Source: Pseudomonadota bacterium
Lineage (GTDB): Bacteria > Pseudomonadota > Gammaproteobacteria > Burkholderiales > Rhodocyclaceae
Reading direction: 5' to 3'
NCBI GenBank assembly: GCA_022705165.1
Contig: JAKJEY010000001.1
Coordinates: forward strand, 26,012-81,179
DNA length: 55,168 bases
Within the stretch, counting starts at the first letter, position 1; every line of letters begins with the position of its first letter. The notes under the pieces are model-generated. The model ran no database searches, was not told the origin of the DNA, and worked only from the letters and a program-made list of their open reading frames with translations. Below, piece after piece: positions 55,029 to 55,168 of this stretch. A program made the translations under genes and the position numbers.

Positions 55029-55168
55029 CCGTTGTTCTTGACGATCGCGGCCTTGATGATCGGTGCGAACTCGCGCCAAAGATACATGCCGCCGCCCACC
55101 AGCAGCGAAACCCCAACGATCAGCTGGATCGTGAAACTGATCGCCTGACGCGACTGGCGGCTGATCTT
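55025..55168 (-). CDS. 3' end of an unidentified membrane-anchored protein (partial)
   Basis: Open frame from the window edge: KISRQSRQAISFTIQLIVGVSLLVGGGMYLWREFAPIIKAAIVKNNG*; host-like codon usage. Confidence 0.6.
   Translation of the reverse strand, partial: KISRQSRQAISFTIQLIVGVSLLVGGGMYLWREFAPIIKAAIVKNNG

Overview
GC-rich (~65%) betaproteobacterial chromosome segment; gene order and protein style suggest Rhodocyclales (inference). Mostly core genome: iscR(partial)-cysE-trmJ / suhB, mutS, bcp-slyD, dapC-dapD-pilU-dapE-prmB, an orphan cheY plus an atypical cheZ, tRNA-Pro/Arg/His divergent from dksA, rpsO-pnp (pnp has a 1-nt frameshift, probably a sequencing error), lexA-imuA-imuB-dnaE2, fabI, tig-clpP-clpX-lon-tRNA-Val/Asp-ppiD, tRNA-Leu and hpnCDE. 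An accessory block at ~22.5-32.3 kb holds a PAS-GGDEF protein, a MocR module, a TetR-controlled AbfD/HpaB-family flavoenzyme and a sulfatase-barrel-TetR operon. The best candidates for undescribed biology are: (1) the AbfD/HpaB-family enzyme, which has a hybrid active-site signature, a C-terminal CCxxxC tail and a perfect upstream palindrome; (2) a hemerythrin inserted inside the SOS mutasome cassette, with dnaE2 carrying its own SOS-boxed, apparently leaderless promoter; (3) a CheZ-like phosphatase with a histone-like Lys/Ala/Pro tail; (4) an AT-rich synonymous patch inside clpX; and (5) a 3-TM mini-protein behind a class II FNR-type promoter. No CRISPR array, transposase, integrase or rRNA was seen. 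All family assignments come from motifs recognised by eye; no searches were run.
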